From a virus, in IMG/VR virus record IMGVR_UViG_3300025466_001905, positions 1 through 64,000 of that record: 64,000 nucleotides of DNA; one strand, 5' to 3'. The notes below the pieces were generated by a model. That model was not told where the DNA came from, ran no database searches, and worked only from the letters and a program-made list of their open reading frames with translations. The translations under genes and the position numbers were made by a program. Shown here piece by piece: positions 47,336-57,063 of the stretch; the stretch's first letter is position 1, and the number at the start of each line of letters is the position of its first letter.

Positions 47336-47991
47336 GATTGATTTCCTAGCAAGTAATAATATTCAAGATTGATTTGTTGGTATTGCTTGATAAATTCTGA
47401 AATTTCCTGAGATTCAGCAACACCAAGCATATCAGCAACTGCACTGTTCAAATTCCCACTGTATATAGTTTTAAAATTTAAAATGTAATCAACTTGAGTT
47501 TTGTCTACATTATCTATCCACCGTTTGGTATCAGGCACACGAAAAGCAATGCATTCATCTCTAATCAGTTTAGATTGTATAAGATTATCAACATGATAAG
47601 ATGGCCAGTCTGGACCAGCAACTTTGTTGTATTCTTCCTGTGTCCATTGCAAGGTATAAGCTTTCAGTGTTCTAAAAGTTGATATTTGTACAATGTCTGT
47701 GTGATCATAGTCAATCAATACCACTTTGATATTTGGCATCACTGCACGAACACGAGCAAAATCAGCACAATGAGAAAATACCACTGGGTGTTTTGATGCA
47801 GATCCATTCCAGTGATCACCAAATAATTCTATACAGCTGTTACTTCGCCAGATTCCCTGGCCCAAATCATGACAATGCCCAGTGGCAGCAATCTCAGTGG
47901 GACAATCGTGCCCCAAGTATTTGGCTATCACAGTGGACAAAAACATACCACAACTACCTGGTACACAACAAATATAATATTGATTGTTCAT
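47332..47991 (-). CDS. sulfotransferase-like hypothetical protein
   Basis: ICCVPGSCGMFL N-terminal motif, internal YNKVAGPDWPSY. Confidence 0.55.
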   Translation of the reverse strand: MNNQYYICCVPGSCGMFLSTVIAKYLGHDCPTEIAATGHCHDLGQGIWRSNSCIELFGDHWNGSASKHPVVFSHCADFARVRAVMPNIKVVLIDYDHTDIVQISTFRTLKAYTLQWTQEEYNKVAGPDWPSYHVDNLIQSKLIRDECIAFRVPDTKRWIDNVDKTQVDYILNFKTIYSGNLNSAVADMLGVAESQEISEFIKQYQQINLEYYYLLGNQS

Positions 47992-47994
47992 AGA

Positions 47995-49053
47995 CTATTC
48001 AAACACATGATTGATTTTGTATTCTTGTTCTTTGGCAAATTCAAAAAAACGTTGTCTGTTATAAATTAGATCTGGCAACATGTCATGATACATTGATAAT
48101 ATGTCTTCTTTTTTCAGTGATACTAGATGTTTTATCACATTGACTATGGCATAGTGAACTTCAAATTCTTTTATGTCTTCAAGTTCTATACCTGGAAAAT
48201 AATGATTAAATGTTTTGAAACCATTTTTTCTGAGCCAAGCATACACTGTGGTCTGACCGTTGATCACAAAAGGCCTTAGACCAATGATTGGTTTTAATGT
48301 TTTTTCAGTTACAAATACTGTGTCCCAGGGATAAAATTCTGTTTCGCTGACAATGTTTAAAAAATGACTACGCCAAATATTCATGTTGCCCAGACTGCAT
48401 AAGTCATAAGGCACTCCGCCGAAACTTTTGTGCTGGGGAAATTTGCCACCGTGAGTATAGTCAGTTGCATCTTCTATGGTCAAGTGGAGATTTGTTTTTT
48501 GACCCAGAGATACATCATAGCTGGCATCATGCTTGCCCAGACTGATTACTCCGTGTTGTTGTAAATTGTGTTCGTGTAAAATTTCTACCATGCGAATACG
48601 ATGAGGCTTGGGTTTTCTGTTGTAATTTAAATACAACAAGCCAACGTCTTGCAAACCCACATCTGCTTCTGTATAGGGAGGAAAATCTTCGAGACACACA
48701 ATAGATGCTGTATTGAATGTGTGCTTGCCGTCGAATGCAGTGCCTATGTAAAATTTTTCTTTGATTTGCAGTTTGTTTTCTAAATCTTGCAACTGTTGCG
48801 GTAACAAGGTCACAGGATCCACTATGCCAATCCAAAATATTCTATCAAAAGTTTTTTGACGATTTATCAAACGATTGATGCTTGACCAGGCTTGGTTACC
48901 AAATTGCGGACCAAACCACGTCAAATTTATCAGTAGATTGTGACCAGATTTGAATTTTTCTTGAATTTGTTTTTTGACAACCCGGTATATACGATGTTCT
49001 TGAGCGCCAAACTGTTCGTCGATAGGAAATTTGACTCCAATTTCAGTGATCAT
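47995..49053 (-). CDS. ET..TEK family protein, copy 4
   Basis: IVSET..FVTEKTLKPI..RPF..GFKTF. Confidence 0.6.
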   Translation of the reverse strand: MITEIGVKFPIDEQFGAQEHRIYRVVKKQIQEKFKSGHNLLINLTWFGPQFGNQAWSSINRLINRQKTFDRIFWIGIVDPVTLLPQQLQDLENKLQIKEKFYIGTAFDGKHTFNTASIVCLEDFPPYTEADVGLQDVGLLYLNYNRKPKPHRIRMVEILHEHNLQQHGVISLGKHDASYDVSLGQKTNLHLTIEDATDYTHGGKFPQHKSFGGVPYDLCSLGNMNIWRSHFLNIVSETEFYPWDTVFVTEKTLKPIIGLRPFVINGQTTVYAWLRKNGFKTFNHYFPGIELEDIKEFEVHYAIVNVIKHLVSLKKEDILSMYHDMLPDLIYNRQRFFEFAKEQEYKINHVFE

Positions 49054-50020
49054 GCTTTAACCGTTTGATATCTTCTATGACCATGTTTGATATCAATGTA
49101 TCAAATTCCATCGTGGATTTCCAGCCCAATTTTGTCAATGCCTTGGTACTGTCTCCGCACAACGTGTACAGTTCTGCTGGGCGCGAAAACATAGGATCTG
49201 ATTCTACAAATTGACTCCAATCATTTATGCCTATGCACCCAAATGCCACGTCTAATAGATCCCTGAGCGAATGCATGACACCAGTGGCAATCACATAGTC
49301 GTCGGGTTCTTTTTGTTGCAACATACGCCAGGCAGCATCCACATAGTCGCCGGCAAATCCCCAATCTCTGGCTATGTCTAAATTGCCCAGTCTGATTTTA
49401 TCTGCCAAACCCAGCTGTATTTGTGCAATTCCATGTGTGACTTTTCTTGTGACAAATTCTTTTCCTCTAATAGGACTTTCGTGATTGAAAGCAATGCCAT
49501 TGGAGGCATGAATGCTGTAACTTTCTCTGAAATTTACTGTGATCCAATAAGAATACAATTTTGAAATCCCGTAAGGACTCCTGGGACAAAACGGTGTTTG
49601 TTCGTTGTTGATGGGTTGTGATGAGTTACCAAACATTTCGCTAGAACTGGCTTGATAAAATTTTGAAATAGGGCTGTGATTTTTAATTGCATTAAGCAGG
49701 TTCAACACACCAATTGAATTGATTTCAGTGGTAGACTTGTTTAGGTCCCAGCTTATACCAACAAAACTTTGAGCTCCAAAGTTATAGATTTCAGTTGGAC
49801 GTATCAGTTTGACATAGTGATTGATTGAAGCTTCGTCGGTCAAATCACCAGTGAGCATTTCAATGTCATTGGCAATGCCAAAAAATTTCAAATTTTCAAA
49901 ACTTGGATTACTGTGACGACGTACCAACCCGTAAACTTTGTAACCGTGATCGAGCAAGAAGTTGCACATGTATGCGCCATCTTGACCAGTTATGCCAGTG
50001 ACCAATGCAGTTTTTATCAT
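49043..50020 (-). CDS. gmd: GDP-mannose 4,6-dehydratase
   Basis: TGITGQDGAY, AQSFV, FYQASSSEMFG, PRSPYGISK, FNHESP, RDWG. Confidence 0.95.
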   Translation of the reverse strand: MIKTALVTGITGQDGAYMCNFLLDHGYKVYGLVRRHSNPSFENLKFFGIANDIEMLTGDLTDEASINHYVKLIRPTEIYNFGAQSFVGISWDLNKSTTEINSIGVLNLLNAIKNHSPISKFYQASSSEMFGNSSQPINNEQTPFCPRSPYGISKLYSYWITVNFRESYSIHASNGIAFNHESPIRGKEFVTRKVTHGIAQIQLGLADKIRLGNLDIARDWGFAGDYVDAAWRMLQQKEPDDYVIATGVMHSLRDLLDVAFGCIGINDWSQFVESDPMFSRPAELYTLCGDSTKALTKLGWKSTMEFDTLISNMVIEDIKRLKHDH

Positions 50021-51189
50021 AGTGTGTTTAATAAATTTTCAAGTTGATCCAAATGTCTGTTGTTGACAAATTGACTGTTACCAATGTAAAATCCATTTTG
50101 ATTAATTAAATCAACATTGTAGTTATGTTTGATCACAGTAAATTGATAATTTTTTAAAAATGGTTGGCGTAATAAATTTCCACCCACAATTGGTCTGTGT
50201 TCAATGCCATATGCAGTAAACTTTTGTTTTAGTTGCTGCATGATGTCAGGAGTCCTGCACACAAACGGCAAGCTGTAATTGCTGTTGAGAGGATCCAAAT
50301 ATATTTGATAAAATTTGTCAGGATGTGAATTCACAATGTTCACAAATCTAGTGAAGTTTCTACGACGTTGTTGTATGATTGAATCCAGTCTTGGCAACTG
50401 TGCCAGCCCCAGTATGGCATTGAGTTCTGAGCTTCTAAGATTGTATCCGTCGGTAACAAACAAAAATCTTGGATCAAGATCGGGATATTGACTGGCGTAA
50501 ATTTCTGGATTCAATGCTTCTCTGGACATGCCATGACTGCGTTTCATTTTCATGATGTTGTATAATTCCAGATCACTGGTCACAATCATGCCGCCTTCGA
50601 TGGTGGTCATGTGATGCCCAAAATAAAAACTAAAAGTAGCACCCAGGCTGTCACTGCCTCTTTTACGACCATTGGGAGTCATGCATCCATGACTTTCGCA
50701 CACATCATCAAGAATGATAGCATCTGGAAACATGGTGCGATACAGTTCATTGTTTGCAGAAAATCCCAATAGATGAGTAACAAAAATCAACTTGATATTT
50801 GGATGTTGTTGTTTGATCTGTTGCATATGCTCAATATCAAAGCTGAAATTTTCTAAATTCACATCACAAAATATAGGAGTGAATCCCAGCTGAATTATTG
50901 GACTTATGTTAGTCGACCATGTGCAGGCCGGTACTAGAACCTTGTCGTTGGCCTGCAACTGATATTTTTCTTTGACCGCAGACAGCAATAACAAATTGGC
51001 TGACGAGCCAGAATTGGTCATTAGACCATACTTGCTGCCAAGCCATGTAGCCCATTGTTGTTCAAATTTTTTAACATAAACACCATTGGTATACTTGTTA
51101 TTGGTCAATAAAAAATAACACAGTCTTAACTTGTCTAACCATGTAATAGAGTCTTTTATCAATGGCCAATGTAAAGGTTTTATTTTCAT
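50017..51189 (-). CDS. ColD/E1-like PLP/PMP-dependent 4-keto-6-deoxy-sugar 3-dehydratase (DegT fold)
   Basis: NSGSSANLL, DVCESHG and FSFYFGHHMTTIEGG, where His replaces the aminotransferase Lys. Adjacent to gmd. Confidence 0.8.
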   Translation of the reverse strand: MKIKPLHWPLIKDSITWLDKLRLCYFLLTNNKYTNGVYVKKFEQQWATWLGSKYGLMTNSGSSANLLLLSAVKEKYQLQANDKVLVPACTWSTNISPIIQLGFTPIFCDVNLENFSFDIEHMQQIKQQHPNIKLIFVTHLLGFSANNELYRTMFPDAIILDDVCESHGCMTPNGRKRGSDSLGATFSFYFGHHMTTIEGGMIVTSDLELYNIMKMKRSHGMSREALNPEIYASQYPDLDPRFLFVTDGYNLRSSELNAILGLAQLPRLDSIIQQRRRNFTRFVNIVNSHPDKFYQIYLDPLNSNYSLPFVCRTPDIMQQLKQKFTAYGIEHRPIVGGNLLRQPFLKNYQFTVIKHNYNVDLINQNGFYIGNSQFVNNRHLDQLENLLNTL

Positions 51190-52571
51190 TGTTGACTCCA
51201 GTATTTGCATTCGTTCCACCATGCCTCCATTTCTGGAAAAGTTTTCAAAAAATCTGTGCCTCTACGTCGATCATGCTCAGAGAAGAAACGATAAAAATCG
51301 GCTTTGTTTTTGTTAACATAATCAGTGCTTATTTTTTGACCGTCTCTCATCCAGGCAATGTCTCTGTCTAGTCTTTGAAGTTCGAAATCTTTGAATCCAT
51401 GAAAGGGATCATCCAGTGTTTCACTTTGACCGGTCATGCAACCCCAGAGATTTTCCAGTTGGTCTGCATAGCTTTCCGGCAACAATTGAAGACTCTGCCA
51501 GCTGGGTTGTCTAAGAACAGGAGTATCAAACCATACTCGTTGATAGGTTTTACTGTAAATTTTCCGCAGTCCTAGTATGCCAGCCATGAGTTTGGGGAAT
51601 CCAGTTACCGAAAGATTATTCATGGTAATTATAAACGTAATTGAATTTCTGCCTGGTATTTCTGTCAAGAACTGATTTACTCGGTCCCAGAGCAAATTAA
51701 AATTCAATCCATGTCTGATGTACTCAGCCTGCTCCATCCAAGAATCTAAACTGACAAATTGCATGAAGTGTTCAATCTTTTCGCCTTCGCATAATTTTTT
51801 CACATAGTCTTTGTACTTGGTCCATAAATTCTCATCCACTGAAAAATTACTGGTAACATTTAAATGCAGATCAGATTTGGGATGCTCCAGTACATAATCA
51901 AACACGCGGTAGGTGTTTTTATCCATCAATGGTTCGCCGCCGGTCATACGAAAATGTCGCAGTTCTGGATACAGGGTAGGCCACCAACGCCAAAATGCTT
52001 CTACATAAGGGTTGTGTTGATTTACAGGTATAGGACGATTGCGCCCTGTAAAATGCTCAGGATCATTGTGCACAGTACTAGTAGGGTATCCACCATGTCT
52101 ATCGACTTCAGACTGCCAGGTCGAACTAAATTGTGGACTACAATAGCTACATGCCAAATTACAAGCATGATTAAAATTGACTTCAACATAACTGGGAACA
52201 ATATCTTGGTCTCCTGTTGAGTATTTAATCTTGTCAAAATCAACTGCGGCCCAGGGTTCTCCAGATCTGTAGTGTCGATCGCTTAGTTTTCCATTGTCTT
52301 CCATGTGCCAACAGTAGCTGCATTCGGTGGGCCGCTCACCATTGAGCATGAGTTGGCGTTGTACTTTTTTGTACTGGGTATTGTGTAGTGCCGACGGATT
52401 GATTTTGATTGTGTCTGGATCTATCATATGCAACGGCGGATGATAACAACTGTTGTTCAATCCAGTGGTCAAATGCAGACTGACCTGTTTCCACTTGGCC
52501 AGACACAAGGATGGTCCCAGCTGATTTTTCATTTGTTCAGCTGCATTCAAAAATTTACTTTTGTCCGACAA
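51186..52571 (-). CDS. radical SAM enzyme with an N-terminal twitch-like domain (CYHP subtype, paralogue of 44905)
   Basis: CLAKW..SCYHP..CSYCW, CNLACSYC, GGEP. Confidence 0.88.
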   Translation of the reverse strand: MSDKSKFLNAAEQMKNQLGPSLCLAKWKQVSLHLTTGLNNSCYHPPLHMIDPDTIKINPSALHNTQYKKVQRQLMLNGERPTECSYCWHMEDNGKLSDRHYRSGEPWAAVDFDKIKYSTGDQDIVPSYVEVNFNHACNLACSYCSPQFSSTWQSEVDRHGGYPTSTVHNDPEHFTGRNRPIPVNQHNPYVEAFWRWWPTLYPELRHFRMTGGEPLMDKNTYRVFDYVLEHPKSDLHLNVTSNFSVDENLWTKYKDYVKKLCEGEKIEHFMQFVSLDSWMEQAEYIRHGLNFNLLWDRVNQFLTEIPGRNSITFIITMNNLSVTGFPKLMAGILGLRKIYSKTYQRVWFDTPVLRQPSWQSLQLLPESYADQLENLWGCMTGQSETLDDPFHGFKDFELQRLDRDIAWMRDGQKISTDYVNKNKADFYRFFSEHDRRRGTDFLKTFPEMEAWWNECKYWSQQ

Positions 52572-53541
52572 GTTTTAACTCCCATGGTTGCAGTTGCAAC
52601 AAGTGATTTTTATTGTGTTCTAAGATTGGTAACATGTCTACGTACATTTTTTGCAACTGTGTTTGGTCTAGTAAAAAGAGCTTGTCTAGCACACCTCGGA
52701 TAGCAACAATTCTGTCTGCAGTTGACATATCGTCGTAGCTTTCGTCCCAGTAATCAGAAAATGTTTTAAAACCACAACGTTGTAGATTTGATATGAATCC
52801 TTGCGGACCAAAAATTACCATTGGTGTCAATTGCATGATTGGTCTAAATGTTTTTTCTGTGGGGAAAAATGTCAATCCGTTGTAGTAAGTTTCGCATACC
52901 AGTTCTAAAAATATTTTGGGATAAGCACCAGACAGTTCTGACACCAATGAAACTATTTCGCCAAGATTTATTTTTTTATCATACTGCATGTCTACTGAGG
53001 AAATTTTTCTTGGACAAGAGTGTAAAAAACTTACTGCACTGTTAATTTCTTCTGGATAATCAAACATAATTTCGTTTAATTGCAACGAACTCTTTTGTTG
53101 AAATGAGCTATTATCATAGTGACAGGTCAACAGGGTTTGATCATGATAAAATTTATCCAACCATGCCAACATTAGCAATCTATTCCAGGTAGTTTTGCCT
53201 ACAAAACAACCCACTGTGGCCAAACTGAGATTTTTTGCCTGGTGACTTGTCTGTATTTTTTTGCTGAAATTGATCCAAATATTGGGAACAATCTTGATAT
53301 TGTATATATCGTGGTATTCTTCAATATTAGCAGTTTGTATTTCAAACCTGTCTTTGTCAATGTCATAAGTGTCACATATTTTATCTAACACATCATATAA
53401 ATTACAAGATCGCAAACATGGGCCTTCGTTGTTCAGACTAATTATGACCTTATCATCAGTTTGTGTAGCAGCATGAATTATTTCAATAATTTTTGTTTCA
53501 AAATTCCAAATATGACTATCTTTGTTTTCTAATGTTATCAT
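52555..53541 (-). CDS. ET..TEK family protein, copy 5
   Basis: LVCET..FPTEKTFRPI..GFKTF..WDESYD. Confidence 0.6.
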   Translation of the reverse strand: MITLENKDSHIWNFETKIIEIIHAATQTDDKVIISLNNEGPCLRSCNLYDVLDKICDTYDIDKDRFEIQTANIEEYHDIYNIKIVPNIWINFSKKIQTSHQAKNLSLATVGCFVGKTTWNRLLMLAWLDKFYHDQTLLTCHYDNSSFQQKSSLQLNEIMFDYPEEINSAVSFLHSCPRKISSVDMQYDKKINLGEIVSLVSELSGAYPKIFLELVCETYYNGLTFFPTEKTFRPIMQLTPMVIFGPQGFISNLQRCGFKTFSDYWDESYDDMSTADRIVAIRGVLDKLFLLDQTQLQKMYVDMLPILEHNKNHLLQLQPWELKLVGQK

Positions 53542-53545
53542 GTTT

Positions 53546-54634
53546 TTACTTAATTAATTGATTCAAATAACTCCTAGACACTTTTCCTGTGAAGTTCAAT
53601 GGGATTTTGTCTACTTTGACCAGTTTGTGAGCCTTACAGTGCGAGCCCAGTGACAGTAGAAATTTTTGTATCTGTTCTGGCGCACAGTCTCCCACATACA
53701 TACAATTCACAGAGTCCTGCCCAAATACAGCACAATCGCTGATCTCCGGAAACTTTTTAAGCAACTGTGCTTCAATGGTAGCAGGATTAAGCATTACGCC
53801 TTTGGATCTTATTTGATCGTCGCTTCTTCCCAGTAATTTGTAGTAGTGTTTTTCATCTTGTTCGGCTAAATCACCAGTGTCAAACCAGTCTGAAAATGCA
53901 CATGCTGGTCCTTTCAGATGCAAATGATTGGCCAAGTCTATTTTGACATCTACACCAAATGGCAGTCCAATGGTATTGAATCTTTGTTCACCGTAACGCG
54001 GATTTGTAAAGCAATGACCCATTGCTTCGGTCATACCAAACGATTCAAGAATGGGTGCGTTGAATTGGTCTTTGAGTTGATTGTATTCATTTTCATCTTT
54101 GAATTTTCCGCCAGCTGATATAATAAAGTCTAAACTGTTAAAATTAAATTTGACCAAGGTTCTTAAAAATGCTGGGCCAGTGGCCATGTACGTGGGACGG
54201 CATTGCGGACTCAGGTGCCAGTTTTTCACAGTGAAATGATGTAGTTCACAGCTGGCTTTTTTGGCTGCCCAGTAAAATGTTTGCCCGTAAGCATGCCATA
54301 GTGGCATCACCGATGCAAAAACATCATTGGCAGTTATATTGTATGCTGACACCACATTGGATGTCAGGATATCCAACTGGTCTTGACTGAAACTGTAAAA
54401 TTTACTGTCTCCAGTGGTGCCCGAAGTGTACATGAATAGTTTTTCGTTGGGGTAGTCACGGCCGTTGCGATAGCGTTCTTCGGTGTCAGTGATCAGCAAA
54501 CTCCAATCTGAATTTTCCAGTATGTAATTATTTCTGTCAGCATTGGCCGATGGATTTAGTATTACCAAGCTGTATTCTGATAGCTGGTCTATATAATCTT
54601 GCGGATTTTGTACGCAAATTGCGGCTCTTTTCAT
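53546..54634 (-). CDS. AMP-forming acyl-CoA ligase/adenylation enzyme
   Basis: YTSGTTG, FGMTE, TGDLA, GRSDD, PLNFTGKVSR. Confidence 0.88.
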   Translation of the reverse strand: MKRAAICVQNPQDYIDQLSEYSLVILNPSANADRNNYILENSDWSLLITDTEERYRNGRDYPNEKLFMYTSGTTGDSKFYSFSQDQLDILTSNVVSAYNITANDVFASVMPLWHAYGQTFYWAAKKASCELHHFTVKNWHLSPQCRPTYMATGPAFLRTLVKFNFNSLDFIISAGGKFKDENEYNQLKDQFNAPILESFGMTEAMGHCFTNPRYGEQRFNTIGLPFGVDVKIDLANHLHLKGPACAFSDWFDTGDLAEQDEKHYYKLLGRSDDQIRSKGVMLNPATIEAQLLKKFPEISDCAVFGQDSVNCMYVGDCAPEQIQKFLLSLGSHCKAHKLVKVDKIPLNFTGKVSRSYLNQLIK

Positions 54635-54635
54635 T

Positions 54636-55277
54636 TTAATCTATTTTCCTGTCTAAACTTGTAGAATTATCCAATTGTCTATTGCCATGGTAGGTTCCGG
54701 CCAGTTGTATATTTTTGGTCACTGTTGATCCTATAAGGTAGTTACAATAGTCAACAGTTTCAATATTGTGGGTAGATTTTCCTAAAAAATTGGATCTTGC
54801 AGCCACATATGAACCTTGCCCCAAAGTGGCAAACAAACAGTATACATAGGGACCAATATGGCAAAAATCTTTAATTTGCACCTTGTGGCTCAATGCCGAA
54901 TATGCAGTAATTACCACAAAATTTCCAATTACTACATCATCTAAAACAATGTTGAATTCATTGATAAAACATCCTCGACCAATGGTCACATTGAACCCAA
55001 TTTGGTTTGATGATCCAATCACGCTAAAGTAATCTGGGCCAAACTGATCTAAAAAATCAACTATTTTCTTTTTTAAACCTATGCTGGCTGTGCCTGTGAA
55101 AAATTGCCGGTTATCAAACCAATCTTGATTGTTATTTTCTATATCTTCCAGTCGGTGTAGTTCGCATGGTCGGTACTGTTGAAAATAATTAAACAAAGTC
55201 ACATTTATATAACTGGATCCCACAAAACATAAAATTTTGTCAGTGTCATACAATATATTAAATTTTAAATTAGTCAT
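54636..55277 (-). CDS. hexapeptide-repeat sugar acyltransferase (NeuD/PglD-like)
   Basis: Left-handed beta-helix repeats IGFNVTIGRGCFI, IGNFVVI, IKDFCHI. Confidence 0.78.
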   Translation of the reverse strand: MTNLKFNILYDTDKILCFVGSSYINVTLFNYFQQYRPCELHRLEDIENNNQDWFDNRQFFTGTASIGLKKKIVDFLDQFGPDYFSVIGSSNQIGFNVTIGRGCFINEFNIVLDDVVIGNFVVITAYSALSHKVQIKDFCHIGPYVYCLFATLGQGSYVAARSNFLGKSTHNIETVDYCNYLIGSTVTKNIQLAGTYHGNRQLDNSTSLDRKID

Positions 55278-55803
55278 TTATAAATCCAGAAACTTGCAAG
55301 GTGTATTTGTTTTCCATACCAGCATTGGCACTCAGATGTAATATTTCACTGTCCCAGATCAATGCATCACCAACAGACCAGTGTGTGTGTACAACATCGT
55401 TGTACTGTATAAAATGTCCCAGTTTCCATGATTCTAAATGTATATTTGCTCGTACTTTGAGATCCGTTCTACCAGGATAACGTTTGTTGATTTGGAAAAA
55501 AGTGTCACGATGCAGTGGTACTATACAACCAGGTGGTTGTAAAATGCTACTCACGGTAATGACCTCCATGCCCAGTTGACGACCAATATTATCATAATCC
55601 AAATTGGTATTGTCCCACCACAACTGATGTATAAGTGTATTTTCATACCCGTAAGTACTGGGCATTCCACCATACTTGTTGTGTATATCAGTTAACTCAT
55701 ATACCTGATGTTGGATACAACTGCCTTGGTGTTGAGTATAGTCAGCCGAAAGTATTTGCGTGAAGTCATAATCCAGATAAGATTTTTTAAGCATTTTTAC
55801 CAT
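55270..55803 (-). CDS. 2OG-Fe(II)/cupin oxygenase-like protein
   Basis: PLHRD...HLSANAG...KYTLQVSG. Confidence 0.7.
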   Translation of the reverse strand: MVKMLKKSYLDYDFTQILSADYTQHQGSCIQHQVYELTDIHNKYGGMPSTYGYENTLIHQLWWDNTNLDYDNIGRQLGMEVITVSSILQPPGCIVPLHRDTFFQINKRYPGRTDLKVRANIHLESWKLGHFIQYNDVVHTHWSVGDALIWDSEILHLSANAGMENKYTLQVSGFIND

Positions 55804-56726
55804 CCTTCTTGAGAGCGTATGACATCAATTTCTCTAGTCATAATTCCACGATTGTGCCAGTTTGATCTGTAATGATGTTTAAAAAATGCACTTTCTTTTT
55901 CCAACAACATGTTTATAGGCAAGTCTAATTGTGTAACCAAATCTTCAGACACACGACCAGCCAATAGTTCCGGATCGCTATTTTCAACTGTGCTCCACAG
56001 TGCTGCTAACTCGTCAAAATTTTGCACTGTTCTATAGTCCCATTGCGGAGTTATCATGGTCATGTATGTGCCCATACGGGCCCCGGCTATGGCCCAGATT
56101 CCGTGTTCAACGTCTCGTCCCACATTGTGCCATACAGTGAGATGATCAAGATTTCTGCTGTGTACTCGATCACGAAATTCTGAGATGGCAGGTCGGTTAC
56201 CGCGGTCAAGACACATCTTGACCCCTTCTCTGAATCCAGCTCGCCAGGCATGAAAAGCCGATCCATTGGGATAGGTAATGCTGTAGCAATCGTGCATGGC
56301 CCAGTACATGGGATCAAAACAAAATTCTACTTCAGTCTCTGTGCGTCCATCAGTGGCTTCGTGAGTCTGCATGTTCCATGCAAATTCTCTTGTCCAAGAA
56401 CTTAGGCCGCCGTTTCCGTACATGAGACCATTGATATGATTGCGAGCACGCCATCTAAACACCGCAGACTCCCATTGGCTGTCCGGAAACTCCAAGGTCA
56501 AATTAAAAAACTTTTCATCTGGCATATTGTCGCCGTCGATTAAAATAAATCTTTCAGTTTCGCTAACATCAGCAGCAGCTTTGTGTGCAGCATCACTTCC
56601 TTTGACACCATCCACACGTTTGGCCCATGGAATCAAATTGCGAATTTTTATCCAAAATTCTTCACGTTGAGGTTCATCGTAGGAAAGATAAATGCAGTCT
56701 AAATCTGCTATGTCAATTTGTTTCAT
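55797..56726 (-). CDS. glycosyltransferase-like protein (GT-A)
   Basis: YLSYDEP, GVKGSDAAHKAAA, IDGDN (DxD), AWRAGFREG. Confidence 0.7.
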   Translation of the reverse strand: MKQIDIADLDCIYLSYDEPQREEFWIKIRNLIPWAKRVDGVKGSDAAHKAAADVSETERFILIDGDNMPDEKFFNLTLEFPDSQWESAVFRWRARNHINGLMYGNGGLSSWTREFAWNMQTHEATDGRTETEVEFCFDPMYWAMHDCYSITYPNGSAFHAWRAGFREGVKMCLDRGNRPAISEFRDRVHSRNLDHLTVWHNVGRDVEHGIWAIAGARMGTYMTMITPQWDYRTVQNFDELAALWSTVENSDPELLAGRVSEDLVTQLDLPINMLLEKESAFFKHHYRSNWHNRGIMTREIDVIRSQEGW

Positions 56727-57063
56727 CTAAGGCTTTCAATTTCCAATATTTTTTGTTTTCATGATTCACAATCACTGTAATATCTCTAGGATCACAGGCC
56801 TGACCTGCAGTGCTAGGAATCAGTTTTGTTGTTGTGATTGTATGTTGAAAAAATTTTAGTTGTCCATTAACCACCTTAACCTGAGGATTTGCGGCAGTAA
56901 AGGTGGCATGATCAATCTCTATGTAATTACCTGAAATTGCTTCCATGCTGTAAAATAAAAAATTACCGAGATCGTCGTAATACAATCTATAAAATGGTGC
57001 AACTGCTGGCTCTACTGGTTTGTCCCAGACAGCCCAAAAATTATCTGTGGTCTCTTTACTCAT
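56713..57063 (-). CDS. hypothetical protein
   Basis: FYRLYYD motif, start probably MSKETT. Confidence 0.65.
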   Translation of the reverse strand: MSKETTDNFWAVWDKPVEPAVAPFYRLYYDDLGNFLFYSMEAISGNYIEIDHATFTAANPQVKVVNGQLKFFQHTITTTKLIPSTAGQACDPRDITVIVNHENKKYWKLKALDETN

